Shown here piece by piece: positions 28,326-38,809 of a stretch of DNA of 64,000 bases (its first letter is position 1; the number at the start of each line of letters is the position of its first letter). The DNA lies in IMG/VR virus record IMGVR_UViG_3300013121_000033, positions 161,160-225,159 of that record; one strand, written 5' to 3'. Made by a program: the position numbers and the translations under genes. Origin of the DNA: a virus (taxonomy: Duplodnaviria > Caudoviricetes). The notes beneath the pieces are model-generated. The model saw only the letters and a program-made list of their open reading frames with translations. It had not been told where the DNA came from and did not search any database.

Positions 28326-29132
28326 TCATGGGTTCGCCCCCTTGTGCTGGCGGAGCTTGAGCGTCGAGGTGACAGAGATGACCTGACCGCAGTGATCGCA
28401 CTTCGCTCGCTTCGAGTAGTAGTGGATGCCGGAGCGGTCGTGGTCGAGGGTCCCGGAACCGGGGCAGCGTTCGGCGGCGGCCTGCGCCTGCCGGTCCCGG
28501 GCGGCTGCGAGAGCGGCGAGGAACGCCTCTTCGCCGTCGTTGAGCAGCCGTTCCGCTTGGGCCTTCGGGAACTTGAGGGGCGACCCGGTGACGGGTGCTG
28601 CGGGGAAACAGACGGTGCACAGCGTCTCACCGAGGAGAGCAACGGCGGCGGTGTCGTCGAGGCCGGACAGGTGGGGGAGCGGGGCGAACAGGGTGGACGG
28701 TCGGCACGTCTGGCAACTGCGGGTCCGGTGGACGTGCCCGGCCGACGACACGACGAGGAAGTAGCGGTTCCAGCCGGTGTAGTTCTGCTCGTGGTCAACG
28801 ATGAGGCCGTCGATCTCGGCGGCGGCGTCGCGGGCGGTGTCGTAGTCGGCGACCATCTGCGGGACGTCCCAGTAGGTGTGGGTCGGCGGCTTCGGGACGT
28901 TCCCTGCTGCCATGGCCCGGACGTGGTCGAGCATCTGGACGAGGGAGTAGAGGCTGCCGTCGGGGTGGGTGCGGTAGCCGTTGCGGCTCACCTTGGCGCC
29001 GGTGAGCGACCACAGGTTCCCGGCGGCCAATCCAACCTTGTGGTGCGCGGCGTGGGATTCGCGGAGCAGTTCGAGCAGGTGCTCGTCGTGGGCGACCTGC
29101 GCTGCCCGCTCGGTGGTGATGTCGTTGTCCAT
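28326..29132 (-). CDS. Hypothetical Zn-binding protein (MDND cassette gene)
   Basis: GHVH..SCQTC..LCTVCFP..CPGSG..CDHC; leaderless ATG after P8. Confidence 0.75.
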   Translation of the reverse strand: MDNDITTERAAQVAHDEHLLELLRESHAAHHKVGLAAGNLWSLTGAKVSRNGYRTHPDGSLYSLVQMLDHVRAMAAGNVPKPPTHTYWDVPQMVADYDTARDAAAEIDGLIVDHEQNYTGWNRYFLVVSSAGHVHRTRSCQTCRPSTLFAPLPHLSGLDDTAAVALLGETLCTVCFPAAPVTGSPLKFPKAQAERLLNDGEEAFLAALAAARDRQAQAAAERCPGSGTLDHDRSGIHYYSKRAKCDHCGQVISVTSTLKLRQHKGANP

Positions 29133-29169
29133 GCCCAACACCCTACCCGGTTGTTGGTGTCACGTCAAC
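29121..29169 (-). promoter_or_regulatory. Repeated promoter/operator cassette P8
   Basis: GTTGACGTGACACCAAC; TTGACG-17-TAGGGT-7-ATGGACAACGAC. Confidence 0.85.
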
Positions 29170-30276
29170 ACGTTGCTAGGGGAGGCGGACGACGACTTCG
29201 CCGTCGCGGTGCGGGCTGTTCCTGTTCGAGCCAGGCGATGACACACGCGAGGGCGTGTCGGGTGTCGCGGGCGGCGTCGACCTCGTACACGGCGACCGTG
29301 TGGTGGTCGCGGGTCGGTTCGACCCCGACAGTGACCGCTTCGAACGTGCGGACCGGGTCGAGGTCAGGGTCGAGGCCGCGGTAGCGGCGGACGGGAACGT
29401 CGCGGACGTGGACGAACATCAATCCTCCTGTGGGGGTGAGAGCGGGTAGAGGTGGGCGGGGGTGAGTACCGGCTGCGGGGGGAACCCGTACGGCCACCCG
29501 CAAATGACCTCCCACCAGCAGGCGGCTTCGCGGGTCGACCCATCGAGTTGATCGAGCAACGCGGCGACGTCGGCTCGGCTTCGTCGCGAGTGGATTCTGT
29601 AGGCTGCGTCGGTGAGCGCCGTCTTGATCTCTTCGGTGGCGCCTTCGTCGACACGACGTTGCCACAACCGGTTGATGTCCGACGCTGTCGGCGGAAAGGC
29701 GGCGGTCACGGACGGTACGCGTCTGCTGCGAGTCGGTCACGGACGACGCTGGTGTCGAACGGGTCATACCCGAGTCGGTTGCCACGGTAGGGGAGGGTGG
29801 TCGAGTGCGGGTCGTCGGCGACGTTCAACATCGCTGCGATGATCGCTTCGAGCGATTCGCGCCGGTAGTTCGCGAGGTTCTTCATGTCGAGCGTCTGGAC
29901 GCCGACGCATTCGGCGCAGTAGGTGAGCACCTTCCGCATGTGGTCCGCTTCGTTGATGAGCGCGAGAACGTCAGCGGCGGACACGCCGACGACGTCGTGG
30001 TGCCCGAACGTCTCGTCGCGGGTCTGTGGTTCGACCACGCCGCGGAGTTCGGCGAGTCGGTCCCGGTAGAGGGGCCGGTCCCCCGTGTACGGGTTGCTGG
30101 TGATACCCATGGTCATCGGGTTCCTTGCCTTGTCATGAGTTTGGCGAGAGCGCTCAACATGAGGGCCGTCACCTGTTCGGATTCGGATTCGGTGTAGCCG
30201 TCGACCACTTCCCCGGCGAGCACCTGGTTGAGCGCGGTGATGACCGCGTCGGTTTCGGCTCGGGTGAGTCGGGTGG

Positions 30277-30846
30277 TCACGTCGGTGCTCCGTTGGCGAT
30301 CGCTGCGGCGCGGGCGTAGTCGTCGTCGGTCTGTGCGACCCCAGCGAAGTTGATCGCGAGGTACAGGTCGGCTTCGGCGGCGGTGTCGAGGCCGACGGCT
30401 TCGACGACGGTGACGGTGCAGGACCGGAACCAGAGGCGTTGCCCGAGGTCGGTGAGGTCCCGGTAGTGGACCATGCCGTCGAGGTCGACCCCGTCGGGCA
30501 GATAGATGCCGCCCTCGTTGTAGGTGGGGTCGTTCTCGAACCAGCGTGCCGGGACGGTGAACTCGTTGTCGTGGAACGCTCGGAGCGTGGTGATGCGCTG
30601 CTTGCCGTCCACCACGACGCCTTGCACGTTCGGGTCCGGGTGCGGGTTCTCGGCGTCGCGGAGGGAGAGGGTGATGGCTCCGATGGGGAGGCCGATCATC
30701 AACGAGTGGATGAGCATGCGGCGCTGGTCGTCGTTCCACACGCTGCCCCGCTGGTACGGAGGGTTGAGGTCCCAGCGAGATTTGTCACGGGTGAAATCCA
30801 TGACGTTCGCGGAGAACCCGGAGAGGGGGAGTCGATGAAGGGCCAT
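30277..30846 (-). CDS. Stand-alone DUF262 (ParB-like/GmrS) domain protein
   Basis: LNPPYQRGSVW..LIHSLMIGLPIG..VVDGKQRITTL. Confidence 0.85.
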   Translation of the reverse strand: MALHRLPLSGFSANVMDFTRDKSRWDLNPPYQRGSVWNDDQRRMLIHSLMIGLPIGAITLSLRDAENPHPDPNVQGVVVDGKQRITTLRAFHDNEFTVPARWFENDPTYNEGGIYLPDGVDLDGMVHYRDLTDLGQRLWFRSCTVTVVEAVGLDTAAEADLYLAINFAGVAQTDDDYARAAAIANGAPT

Positions 30847-31475
30847 CAGTCCCCCTTGGCAGCGACCGCCGTGGCGCGGTCGCGGTCGGTGTCGGTCTGG
30901 TCGACGCCACCGAAGTTGACGCGCAGGTACAGGTCGGCTTCGGCGGCGATCGCTTCGTCGTTGGTGCGGGTCCCCCACAGGCGGTTCTCGGTGCCGGGCT
31001 CGATGCCGAGGAACACCACATCGGAGTCGAACTCCAACGATGGCATCACCCGGTTCTCGAAACGGGCTCGCCCGCGGTTCGACAGGTTCGAGTAGGTCAC
31101 GTCACGGTCGCGGGGGACGGTGAGGTCAGCTTCCTCCCACCACCAGCCGGGCACAGCGAACTGGTCGTCGTGGAACGCTCGCAGCGTCTCGATCCGCTGC
31201 TTGCCGTCGATCACCCGGTACGGCGACACGCCGTCACGGACAGTCTCGACGCCGAGCTTCGCGATGACGAGTGACCCGATGGGGACACCTTCGAGCATGG
31301 AGCGGATCAACGCGTGGCGCTGGTCGCCGGTCCACACGGCACCCCGCTGGTAGGGGGCGTCGAGGTCGAACATGAGGACCCCGTTGGAGAGGTTCCGGTG
31401 CTCGGTGTAGTGGGCGACGGTGTAGTTCATCGGCGACAGGTGAACCCGCGCGAGGGGGGCTGGAAGGTCAGTCAT
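30846..31475 (-). CDS. Stand-alone DUF262 domain protein (tandem paralogue)
   Basis: LDAPYQRGAVW..LIRSMLEGVPIG..VIDGKQRIETL. Confidence 0.85.
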   Translation of the reverse strand: MTDLPAPLARVHLSPMNYTVAHYTEHRNLSNGVLMFDLDAPYQRGAVWTGDQRHALIRSMLEGVPIGSLVIAKLGVETVRDGVSPYRVIDGKQRIETLRAFHDDQFAVPGWWWEEADLTVPRDRDVTYSNLSNRGRARFENRVMPSLEFDSDVVFLGIEPGTENRLWGTRTNDEAIAAEADLYLRVNFGGVDQTDTDRDRATAVAAKGD

Positions 31476-31973
31476 CGTCGTCCTCGGTGTCGTTGTAGTT
31501 GTCGAGCGTTGTTGCGGCGTGGAGGCGGTCGAGCACCAGGCGGACAGCGTCGACGTCGCGGAGGGCGTCGATGCGGGCTTCCACGATCGCTGTCGCCATC
31601 GGTCCGACTCGACCGAACCCGGTGTCGTCGGTCGACCCGAGGTGCATGGTGAACTCGGCGATCTCGGTGTGGCACCACTCTTCGACGATGCCGACCCAGC
31701 GGATCGCGTCGTCGACCCGTTCGCGGGTGATGAAGTCGCGTTGCAGCATCGACCGCAGCGCCGCCTTCCCGCGGTCGGACACGAGCGGCGAGGTCGGCAC
31801 CTCGGGGTTCACGACCTCACCCGAGTCGGGGCCGTGCCAACGGAGGAACGACTCGATCGCGGCGCGGCCAGGGTCGTGCCGTGAGAGACGGGCAACGGTT
31901 CGCGCCACGATCGGCGGCGGGTCGCCTGCCGGGTCGCCTCGGTTCTCCGGCACGTCGACGTCGTAGGTGGCGG

Positions 31974-32324
31974 TCATCGGTCGGGTCCTTCGATGCAGTG
32001 GTTCAGAGCGGGAGTGTTCGGGTAGTCGGCCCAACGGCCGCCTGAGTCGAGGCACGCCTGACGGTCGTCGTCGTTGCTGCCGTCGCTGTCGATGGCGAAC
32101 ATGACGACTCCGGCGAGGATCATGAGGATCGAGATGACGACGAGGAGTTCGACGACCGTGACTCCGGACTGGCCGCGTGGTCGGCCGAGCAGCCGGGCGC
32201 ACCGGTCGGCGCATCCGACGGTGTCGGTACAGAACCACATGTAGTCGGCGCCGGAGCCTTGGTGGCCGACCCGGAGCCCGCCGGGCGGGTTGATGGCGCC
32301 GCACGCTGCGCAGGTGGTGTCCAT
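31974..32324 (-). CDS. Small protein with type IV prepilin-like hydrophobic segment
   Basis: QSG/VTVVELLVVISILMILAGVVMFAI after a Cys-rich N-terminus. Confidence 0.6.
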   Translation of the reverse strand: MDTTCAACGAINPPGGLRVGHQGSGADYMWFCTDTVGCADRCARLLGRPRGQSGVTVVELLVVISILMILAGVVMFAIDSDGSNDDDRQACLDSGGRWADYPNTPALNHCIEGPDR

Positions 32325-32326
32325 GG

Positions 32327-32689
32327 TCAGCACGTCTCGTCGTCGGGGACGTCGACCAGGAGGTCGGCGGGCACGTTGAAGTAGTCGACTCGGAGCGACG
32401 TGTCGCAGCCACCGAGGTTGTCGGGGCAGTAGAAGGTGGCGAACACCTTGCCGCGGGCGTGGGGGAGAGCGAACCGGGCGTCGTGGGGGATGCGCCGCGG
32501 GCTGGTCGGGTCCATGAGTACCTGTGCGCCCTTCGCGACGATGACGCGGCCGCGGGACTTGACGGGGCGGGTGCAGGTGACGGCGATCCAGCCGTCCCAG
32601 TGACCGGCGTACTGCGGGTACTGGGCGTGGGTTGCGTCGGCTTGGGCTCGGAGCCGCTGAGCGGTCGGGGAGTTGGGGTCGTTGTCCAT
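32327..32689 (-). CDS. Hypothetical protein (MDND cassette gene)
   Basis: Leaderless ATG after P9. Confidence 0.7.
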   Translation of the reverse strand: MDNDPNSPTAQRLRAQADATHAQYPQYAGHWDGWIAVTCTRPVKSRGRVIVAKGAQVLMDPTSPRRIPHDARFALPHARGKVFATFYCPDNLGGCDTSLRVDYFNVPADLLVDVPDDETC

Positions 32690-32725
32690 GCCCACACCCT
32701 ACCGCCGCGTTGTGGTCACGTCAAC
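32678..32725 (-). promoter_or_regulatory. Repeated promoter/operator cassette P9
   Basis: GTTGACGTGACCACAAC; TTGACG-17-TAGGGT-6-ATGGACAACGAC. Confidence 0.85.
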
Positions 32726-33649
32726 ACGTTGTGATGTGGTGTTCGACTTTCTTGATCGCTTCCTCCGCTGACGGGTAGTCGCCGTCGACCCCGAGGATCG
32801 TCCAGCGTTCCAGGCTCGGGTGGATATGGACCGGGACGATCCGCCACTCCGTCTTGGCGTGGATCACGAGAGCGGGACCGGAGTCGTCGACAGCGATGCA
32901 CACCTCGATGTGGGGTGGCGCGTCGGCGGCGGCGCGTAGGACCGCGGCGAGCGCCCCGGCTTGGAACCCGACGTGCACGGTCGACCCGCGGGTCTGGTAG
33001 TCGTCGAGGTGGGCGAGCAGACCGCGCCAGCCTTCGGCCCGGTCGGTGGACGACCATCTATCTGCGGGTCTGGTCACGGTGTGTGTCCTCTGTGTATGGG
33101 CGGCGGTAACGGCGGCGGCGACGACGGTCCAGGTGCACTGCTGTGGCGACGACCGCCGCGTAGACGAGTCCCCCGAGCGCCGCCCCGGCCGTGTAGTCGC
33201 TCATGCGAGGACGGCGTCCAGGGTGTCGATGATCTGCTTGATCGGGAACCCCGGGCCGATGAACAGGTGTGCGTCGTCGAGACGGTCCGACGCTGGGTGA
33301 CCGATGGTGGACATGATGCTGCTGATCTGCCAGGTGCCGTCGTTGCGGGGAACGAAGTACACGGAGTCGCTGCCAGCGCGGGCGTCGAACGACGGGGAGA
33401 AGTTGACGGTGATGCCGTCCGTTTCGACGGTGACGTAGAGGCCACGCTCGGCCGAGTACACGGCGGACACGGTGGCCTTCTTCGCGACGACGGACGCGAG
33501 TAGGTGCTCGAAGTCGGCGAAGTAGCTGTGCGGCCCCGTCAACGCTGCGGTCACCGAGGCGTCGAGCAGACCGCGGGCGGACCGGTGGATGAGGACACCG
33601 ACGGCGACCCCGACGGCGAACGCCGTCGATGCGGCGGCGACGTACAGGT

Positions 33650-33979
33650 TCATGCTGGGGTGACCTCCGGGTCGGGGTGGGTGAGCATCCACAGTGCGGT
33701 GAACGCTTCGTGGATCGCTTCGCCGGGCGCGGTGTACCGGCCGAGCCCGGTTGCGGCGGGGCCGAGGACCCGCCAACCGCTGTCGGATTTCGACCAGTAG
33801 ACGGTGACGACTCGGGGCAGTTGATCGGGCTGGTGGGCTACTCGGACCATGCCGTTGTCGAGCATGCTGAGCGAGTCGATCAGCTTTCTGGCAGCGGGGG
33901 TGTTCGCTCTCCACTCGGCGACGGCGGCAGCCGCCGCTCGGATCGTGTCGGGGATTTCATCCTGCCAGTCGTTGCCCAT
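33650..33979 (-). CDS. Hypothetical protein (MGND start)
   Basis: Leaderless ATG after P10. Confidence 0.65.
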   Translation of the reverse strand: MGNDWQDEIPDTIRAAAAAVAEWRANTPAARKLIDSLSMLDNGMVRVAHQPDQLPRVVTVYWSKSDSGWRVLGPAATGLGRYTAPGEAIHEAFTALWMLTHPDPEVTPA

Positions 33980-34016
33980 CCACCCGAACCTACGCGGGCG
34001 TTACGGTCACGTCAAC
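33968..34016 (-). promoter_or_regulatory. Repeated promoter/operator cassette P10
   Basis: GTTGACGTGACCGTAAC; TTGACG-17-TAGGTT-7-ATGGGCAACGAC. Confidence 0.8.
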
Positions 34017-34129
34017 AATTCAGCGGGCGAGGACGGCGGAAACGATCGAGCAGATGACGACGGCAAGGCAGACGACAAGCGCGAGTACGGCAGGCAGGAT
34101 GCTGTCGCGCCGGTTGGGGGGCGTCGGGG

Positions 34130-34828
34130 TCATGCGTCGGCGTGCGACGCGCCGATCCACGCCGGGAGCGGGGGGAGTGACACGAACCGGATGCGGGGGG
34201 AGTTCCGCACCCGGGACAGGAGCAACCGGATGAGGTCGGCGACTGGTCCGGTGATGGTGTGGGGGCAGTCGTCGAATCCGGCCATGGCGAGGTCGACGCC
34301 GCGGAACATCACCGAGAGTCGGTCGGTCGAGTAGCCGGTGAGGCCGACAAGGTAGACGGTGCCGCCGCCGTTGAGCCGGAACTGCCATCCGATCCCGGGA
34401 AGTCGGACCGTCTTGTGGCCGATCCCGGTGAGCATCCGGACGGTGGTGTCGTAGATGCCGTCGGGCAACTGCATGGAGTCGTAGTCGAAGCGGAACAGGA
34501 GTGCGTCGCCACCGGAGCGGGCGACGGTGACGGCTTCGTACACGAGTCCCCACGTCTTGCCAGCCCCGTGTTCGGCGCACCAGATGCTCGATTGTTCGGC
34601 GTCGATGAACTCGGCTTGGGCGGGGGTCGGTTCCTGTGTGTCGACGTAGGAGCGGCCGCCGCTGGCGGCGTTCCAGAGGCGGGACGCCATCTCGGGACGG
34701 CCGCATACCATGTAGATCGCGGCTTCGACGCGTAGCTGGCCGCTGGTCTTGTGGCGCGGGTCGAGCCGCCTGTTCCACCAGCCGTGCACAACTTCGAGAG
34801 CGCAGGTCAGGATGCGGTCGGCGATCAT
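34130..34828 (-). CDS. P-loop protein resembling a terminase ATPase N-terminal fragment
   Basis: PTPAQAEFI..GAGKT..FRGVDLAMAGFDD; no nuclease domain. Confidence 0.45.
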   Translation of the reverse strand: MIADRILTCALEVVHGWWNRRLDPRHKTSGQLRVEAAIYMVCGRPEMASRLWNAASGGRSYVDTQEPTPAQAEFIDAEQSSIWCAEHGAGKTWGLVYEAVTVARSGGDALLFRFDYDSMQLPDGIYDTTVRMLTGIGHKTVRLPGIGWQFRLNGGGTVYLVGLTGYSTDRLSVMFRGVDLAMAGFDDCPHTITGPVADLIRLLLSRVRNSPRIRFVSLPPLPAWIGASHADA

Positions 34829-35376
34829 GGTGGAACGCTACCTGGCTGACGGTGAGAGCAGCGGCATGAGGACTTCCGCTGCGACCGCTTCCATGAGTCG
34901 CCGGTTGTGCTCGGGGACCTGTTCCCACGGGACGGCCGATTCGACGCGTGTCTCGTAGCCGAACGTCGGGGCGAGGCGTTCGTAGGCTTCGTGGAAGCGG
35001 CGTGCGATCGTCTCGGCGGTGACGGGCGTGTCGCCGGGAAGGGGTTGGACTGGGGCGCCGAACGCGGCGGTGCGGGCCGCGGCTCGGGATGCGATCTCGC
35101 CGTCGATGTAGTCGGCGCGCATGCGAGCGAACTCGGGGTCGAGTTGGCCGGGGAGATACCCGGGTCCTTCGGGGAGGTCGCGTTGGTCGAGGACGTCGAT
35201 GAGGTAGCCGAGTTCCGGGAAGTAGGCGAGGGAGAGGCCGATCGGGTGGAAGAATCTGCGGTTCGCCTCTTGGAGGTATCCGAGGCGCTGTAGTTCCTCG
35301 GCTGGCACGGTCGGCGCCGACGTGGGGGCGACGACTTCGCTGCCAGGCTCGGGCGGTTCGGGGAGGTCGGGGTCGG

Positions 35377-36771
35377 TCATGCTGCCTGGTTCGTGATGTC
35401 GGCCGCCCAGCAGGCGGAACGGGACGGGCCGCCGGTGGCGCACTGGTTCGTGGCGGGGGCGAGGACACGGACGTCGGCGGCGGACTTGACGATCGTGAAG
35501 ATGTGGTCGAGCTTCACGTCGCCGAGGCCGAGCGCTTCCCACCCGGCCGCTGTGTTCGTGCCTCCGGCGACTTGGATCGTTGCTTTCTGCGCGGTGGTCG
35601 ACGTCTGGATGAGGCCGTAGTCGCGCCATGCGACGAGGAAGATTCGGAGCGTCGAGCGGGTGTTGCCGGTGTAGCCGCCGTCGTCGAGCCACCGGTCGAT
35701 CTCGGCGTCGGTCTTGACGAGAACGTAGCGGGTGCCGTCTGGGACCATGCCTGCGAGGCAGTCGTCGTCGCCGGGGACGACGGTGCACGGGGCAGGCTTC
35801 GCGGTGATCGCTCGGGATTCGAACTGTCCGGCGGGGGCGACGGACATGCCGCAGGTTGTACCGACGGCGGGGTCGTCGACGCTGGTGTCGGGCGGGCACG
35901 CGGGGCCGGTCATCGAGAGTTGCCGTCCGACCGCGTACTTGAGGGCGTGGGGGATGCGTCCGGCCGCGACCTCATCGGGGGTGGCGAGGCCGACGGTGTT
36001 CGGGAGGCCGCCGCCGCCGACGGGTGGCATGTTGCCCCGGTAGGTGCGCATGTCGGCGGACGTGCCGTCGGGGGCAGTGATGATGTTGAGGGCGGCGGCG
36101 CAGGCGTCACGGTTCGGGTTGAACGCTGGGGTGCCGGAGGGGAGGCCGTTGGGGAAGAACACGGACTGGGGTTGGAGATTGTTGCCGTCCAACTGGCATG
36201 CGATCTGTGTGCGGTCGTTGCTCGACGAGTTGGGGGTCGACACGACCCACAGGTCCCACTCGCGTCCGGTGGCGGGGTCGTAGATGACGAGGAACCCGTC
36301 TGCGCCGTCGGACGGCTTCCACTTCGGGTTCCACGGGACTTTGACACCGCGGGGCTGGTTCCACGCACCGGGATAGTTGGGCCTCGGGTAGACGCGGATC
36401 GTGGTGGTCGCGTCGGCGGTGCAGTAGTAGGCGATCGAGTAGTCGCTGCCGGGTGTCTCGTTGATCCCGGCTTCGAGGCTGACCGAGAGGATGCCGACGC
36501 GTTCGTCGCTGTAGTTCGCGATGCGGTCCGCCCACTTCGCTGCCTGCCCGGCGGTCGCGATCTCGGCGGCTGGCTGTTCCCACGCTCGCGGCGGGTTCGT
36601 CGGGGCGATCGTGCACCCTTGGCTGCCAGGTGGGGCGACGGTCGGCGTGGTGGTCGTGGTCGGTTTCGGCGCCGGGGTCGGTTTCGATGTCGCTGCGTAA
36701 GCGAGCGCTGCGATCAGGAAGGCAGCGATACCGACGGCTGTCGCCGTGGTGCGAGTGGACTTCTGTGCCAT
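35377..36771 (-). CDS. Secreted or membrane-anchored protein, 464 aa
   Basis: N-terminal signal/TM segment, PT-rich linker, Cys-containing globular domain. Confidence 0.7.
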   Translation of the reverse strand: MAQKSTRTTATAVGIAAFLIAALAYAATSKPTPAPKPTTTTTPTVAPPGSQGCTIAPTNPPRAWEQPAAEIATAGQAAKWADRIANYSDERVGILSVSLEAGINETPGSDYSIAYYCTADATTTIRVYPRPNYPGAWNQPRGVKVPWNPKWKPSDGADGFLVIYDPATGREWDLWVVSTPNSSSNDRTQIACQLDGNNLQPQSVFFPNGLPSGTPAFNPNRDACAAALNIITAPDGTSADMRTYRGNMPPVGGGGLPNTVGLATPDEVAAGRIPHALKYAVGRQLSMTGPACPPDTSVDDPAVGTTCGMSVAPAGQFESRAITAKPAPCTVVPGDDDCLAGMVPDGTRYVLVKTDAEIDRWLDDGGYTGNTRSTLRIFLVAWRDYGLIQTSTTAQKATIQVAGGTNTAAGWEALGLGDVKLDHIFTIVKSAADVRVLAPATNQCATGGPSRSACWAADITNQAA

Positions 36772-36868
36772 GACGGCACGCTACGGGACGGCAGACGCCG
36801 GGACGCGGAACGACCCCCGCCTGGCGTGAGGGCGAGGGTCGTTCCGAGGTTCCCGCTGAAACTGGAAC

Positions 36869-37516
36869 TCAGACGATCGGGTCGCCGGGCTCCCCCTCGG
36901 CGGGGTCGACGGGCTCCGGGTCGGCAGGGGCCTCGGGCTCACCCGGGACCGGGTCGACCGGCGCTTCGGGCTGCACGGGCTCCGGCGTGGGCTCCCCCTC
37001 GGGGGCGGCGGGCTCGGGCTCCGGGTCGACCGGTGCCTCCGGAGCGGGGTCCGGCTCCGGAGCGGGGTCCGGCTCCGGCGTGGGCTCGGGGTCGGGCTCG
37101 GGCGTGGGCTCCGGCGTGGGCTCGGGGTCGGGCTCGGGGTCGGGCTCGGGCGTGGGCTCCGGCTCCGGCGTGGGCTCCGGCTCGGGCTCCGGCGTGGGCT
37201 CGGGGGCGACGACCTCTGCGAGGCGGTCGATCACGGCGTCGAGGCCGTTGAGTTCGTCGCTCAGGTCCGTCTCGTCGCGGAGGCGAGCAACCTCGGAACG
37301 GAGATCGGTCACGGTGGACACGACCGTGTCGACGACGCCTTCGAGGCGAGCGACGCGGTCGAGGACATCCTGATTGTCGGACATGATCTTGTTGATCCTC
37401 TCGTCGAGTTCAGTGAAACCGAGTGCCGTCATCTCGGCGAACAGGTGGAACGACCGAGTGAGCCGCTTGATGCGGCGCCGGAGTTGCTTCCACAGGACCA
37501 CGTCAGCAGCACCCAT
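36869..37516 (-). CDS. Coiled-coil protein with Pro/Glu-rich (PEPT/PEPD) tail
   Basis: Heptad region followed by ~110 aa of PEP repeats; start uncertain. Confidence 0.65.
   Translation of the reverse strand: MGAADVVLWKQLRRRIKRLTRSFHLFAEMTALGFTELDERINKIMSDNQDVLDRVARLEGVVDTVVSTVTDLRSEVARLRDETDLSDELNGLDAVIDRLAEVVAPEPTPEPEPEPTPEPEPTPEPDPEPDPEPTPEPTPEPDPEPTPEPDPAPEPDPAPEAPVDPEPEPAAPEGEPTPEPVQPEAPVDPVPGEPEAPADPEPVDPAEGEPGDPIV
36985..37205. repeat. Coding tandem repeat of 6/12-nt units (gggctc/ggggtc/cggcgt)
   Basis: Directly visible repeat. Confidence 0.85.
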
Positions 37517-37665
37517 GGAGGCGATCATACCCGGTCGGGGTGACAGCGAACCGAACCTGGTGAGCGCCGGGACGGGTTCGCGGCGGTCCCCGCCCGCTGC
37601 GGCGACCATGCACCCGTGCTCACGGACCACGTCCCGGCGCGCCGGTGACGGTACCTGCCGTCATG

Positions 37666-38190
37666 TCAACGCGGAGGGACCATCCACGTCGGCCGGTAGG
37701 CGATGCCGAACACGCCGTCGTCGGGAGACACAGAGATGATGTCGGGTTGTTCGCCGTCGCCGCATGCGAGTAGCTGCTGGACGAGCAGGTCCCGGACGTC
37801 GCCAGCGATGAGCGACTTCCCGGAACCGCGACCGTTCTCGATGACGAGAACCAGCGCCGCTGCCTCTCGCGGCGAGTAGTAGCGGCGGAACTTGGAGCCA
37901 CCGACGTCGGGGCCGAGAGCACGCGACGAGTATGACGAGACGACCTTGATGGGGAGGTCGAGGTGAGCGGCGATCTCGGCGATGGTGAGAGTCCCGGGTG
38001 GCGGCGGCGGGACCGTCCGCTTCGGGGCTGCCGGTGGCCGCGGGGTGCGTGACCGGGGCTCCGGCTTGTCCTTCGGGATGGGACGCTTCGCAGCCTGCCT
38101 GGCTGCCTCTTCGAGGCGGGCGCGGCGTCGGGCGGCGATGTCGGCTCGGCGGTCGTCGAGGTAGGTGACGTCGTCGGCGGCGGTGCTCAT
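37666..38190 (-). CDS. MerR/excisionase-like HTH protein
   Basis: LTIAEIAAHLDLPIKVV..GSKFRRYYSPRE. Confidence 0.5.
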   Translation of the reverse strand: MSTAADDVTYLDDRRADIAARRRARLEEAARQAAKRPIPKDKPEPRSRTPRPPAAPKRTVPPPPPGTLTIAEIAAHLDLPIKVVSSYSSRALGPDVGGSKFRRYYSPREAAALVLVIENGRGSGKSLIAGDVRDLLVQQLLACGDGEQPDIISVSPDDGVFGIAYRPTWMVPPR

Positions 38191-38231
38191 AGCCGCTGAC
38201 GGTACCCGCAGTGTTGCCGTGGCGGCAACGG

Positions 38232-38447
38232 TCAGAGTTGGATGGCGTCGAAGGCTTCGACGCCTTTGCGGCCCTGACGAGTCGCGTACTCGACCTTCGC
38301 GCCTTCGGTGAGGGAGCGGTAGCCGTTGCCCTGGATGCCGGTGTAGTGGATGAACAGGTCGTCGCCGTTGTGGTCGGGCTTGATGAACCCGTACCCCTTC
38401 TCGGCGTCGAACCACTTCACGGTGCCGGTGAGACGGTCGCCGTCCAT
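38232..38447 (-). CDS. cspA: Cold-shock protein
   Basis: GTVKWFDAEKGYGFI (RNP1) and DLFIHY (RNP2). Confidence 0.93.
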   Translation of the reverse strand: MDGDRLTGTVKWFDAEKGYGFIKPDHNGDDLFIHYTGIQGNGYRSLTEGAKVEYATRQGRKGVEAFDAIQL

Positions 38448-38638
38448 CACTGTCCTTCCTGCGCGGCTTGCTTGCGGCGCTTGTCGATCATCTTCTCCAC
38501 CTCGCGGATGCGGCGCCTGTAGCTGTTCTTGGTGCATTCGGAGCACCCGGGCTTGGCGATGGCTTCGTCCCTGTTCGCTTCGAGCTTCGCCTTGTGCGCT
38601 TCGAGTTCGGCCACGGTCATCCGGCTGAGAACTGGCAT
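38447..38638 (-). CDS. Small basic helical protein with PGCxEC
   Basis: Paralogous to an internal segment of 50946..51752. Confidence 0.65.
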   Translation of the reverse strand: MPVLSRMTVAELEAHKAKLEANRDEAIAKPGCSECTKNSYRRRIREVEKMIDKRRKQAAQEGQ

Positions 38639-38721
38639 AGCTCATCTTTGTAGCCGACCGGTGACGGTGACGTGTGCATCCCCCCGTCGCTGTCCGTTCA
38701 CCTGGGTCGGGACGCGTTGAG

Positions 38722-38799
38722 GCCCCCGGGGTCACGGGACGGAACCTTCGAGGAAGTGGACAACGACCGCGTGGTTCCGCTCCCAGATCACCCGGGGGC
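38722..38799 (-). ncRNA. Candidate structured RNA (possible third guide-like unit)
   Basis: gcccccggg/cccgggggc outer stem; inner CCA-N9-TG-T-CCA-N9-AG. Confidence 0.4.
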
Positions 38800-38809
38800 T
38801 GTCGCCCAT

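Noticed and set aside
34130-34828. Functional terminase large subunit
   Set aside because: Only ~230 aa, no nuclease domain, no neighbouring portal or capsid genes
37650-37670. Additional promoter cassette (GTTGACATGAC)
   Set aside because: No YAAC at the N9 position and no -10 at 17-18 bp
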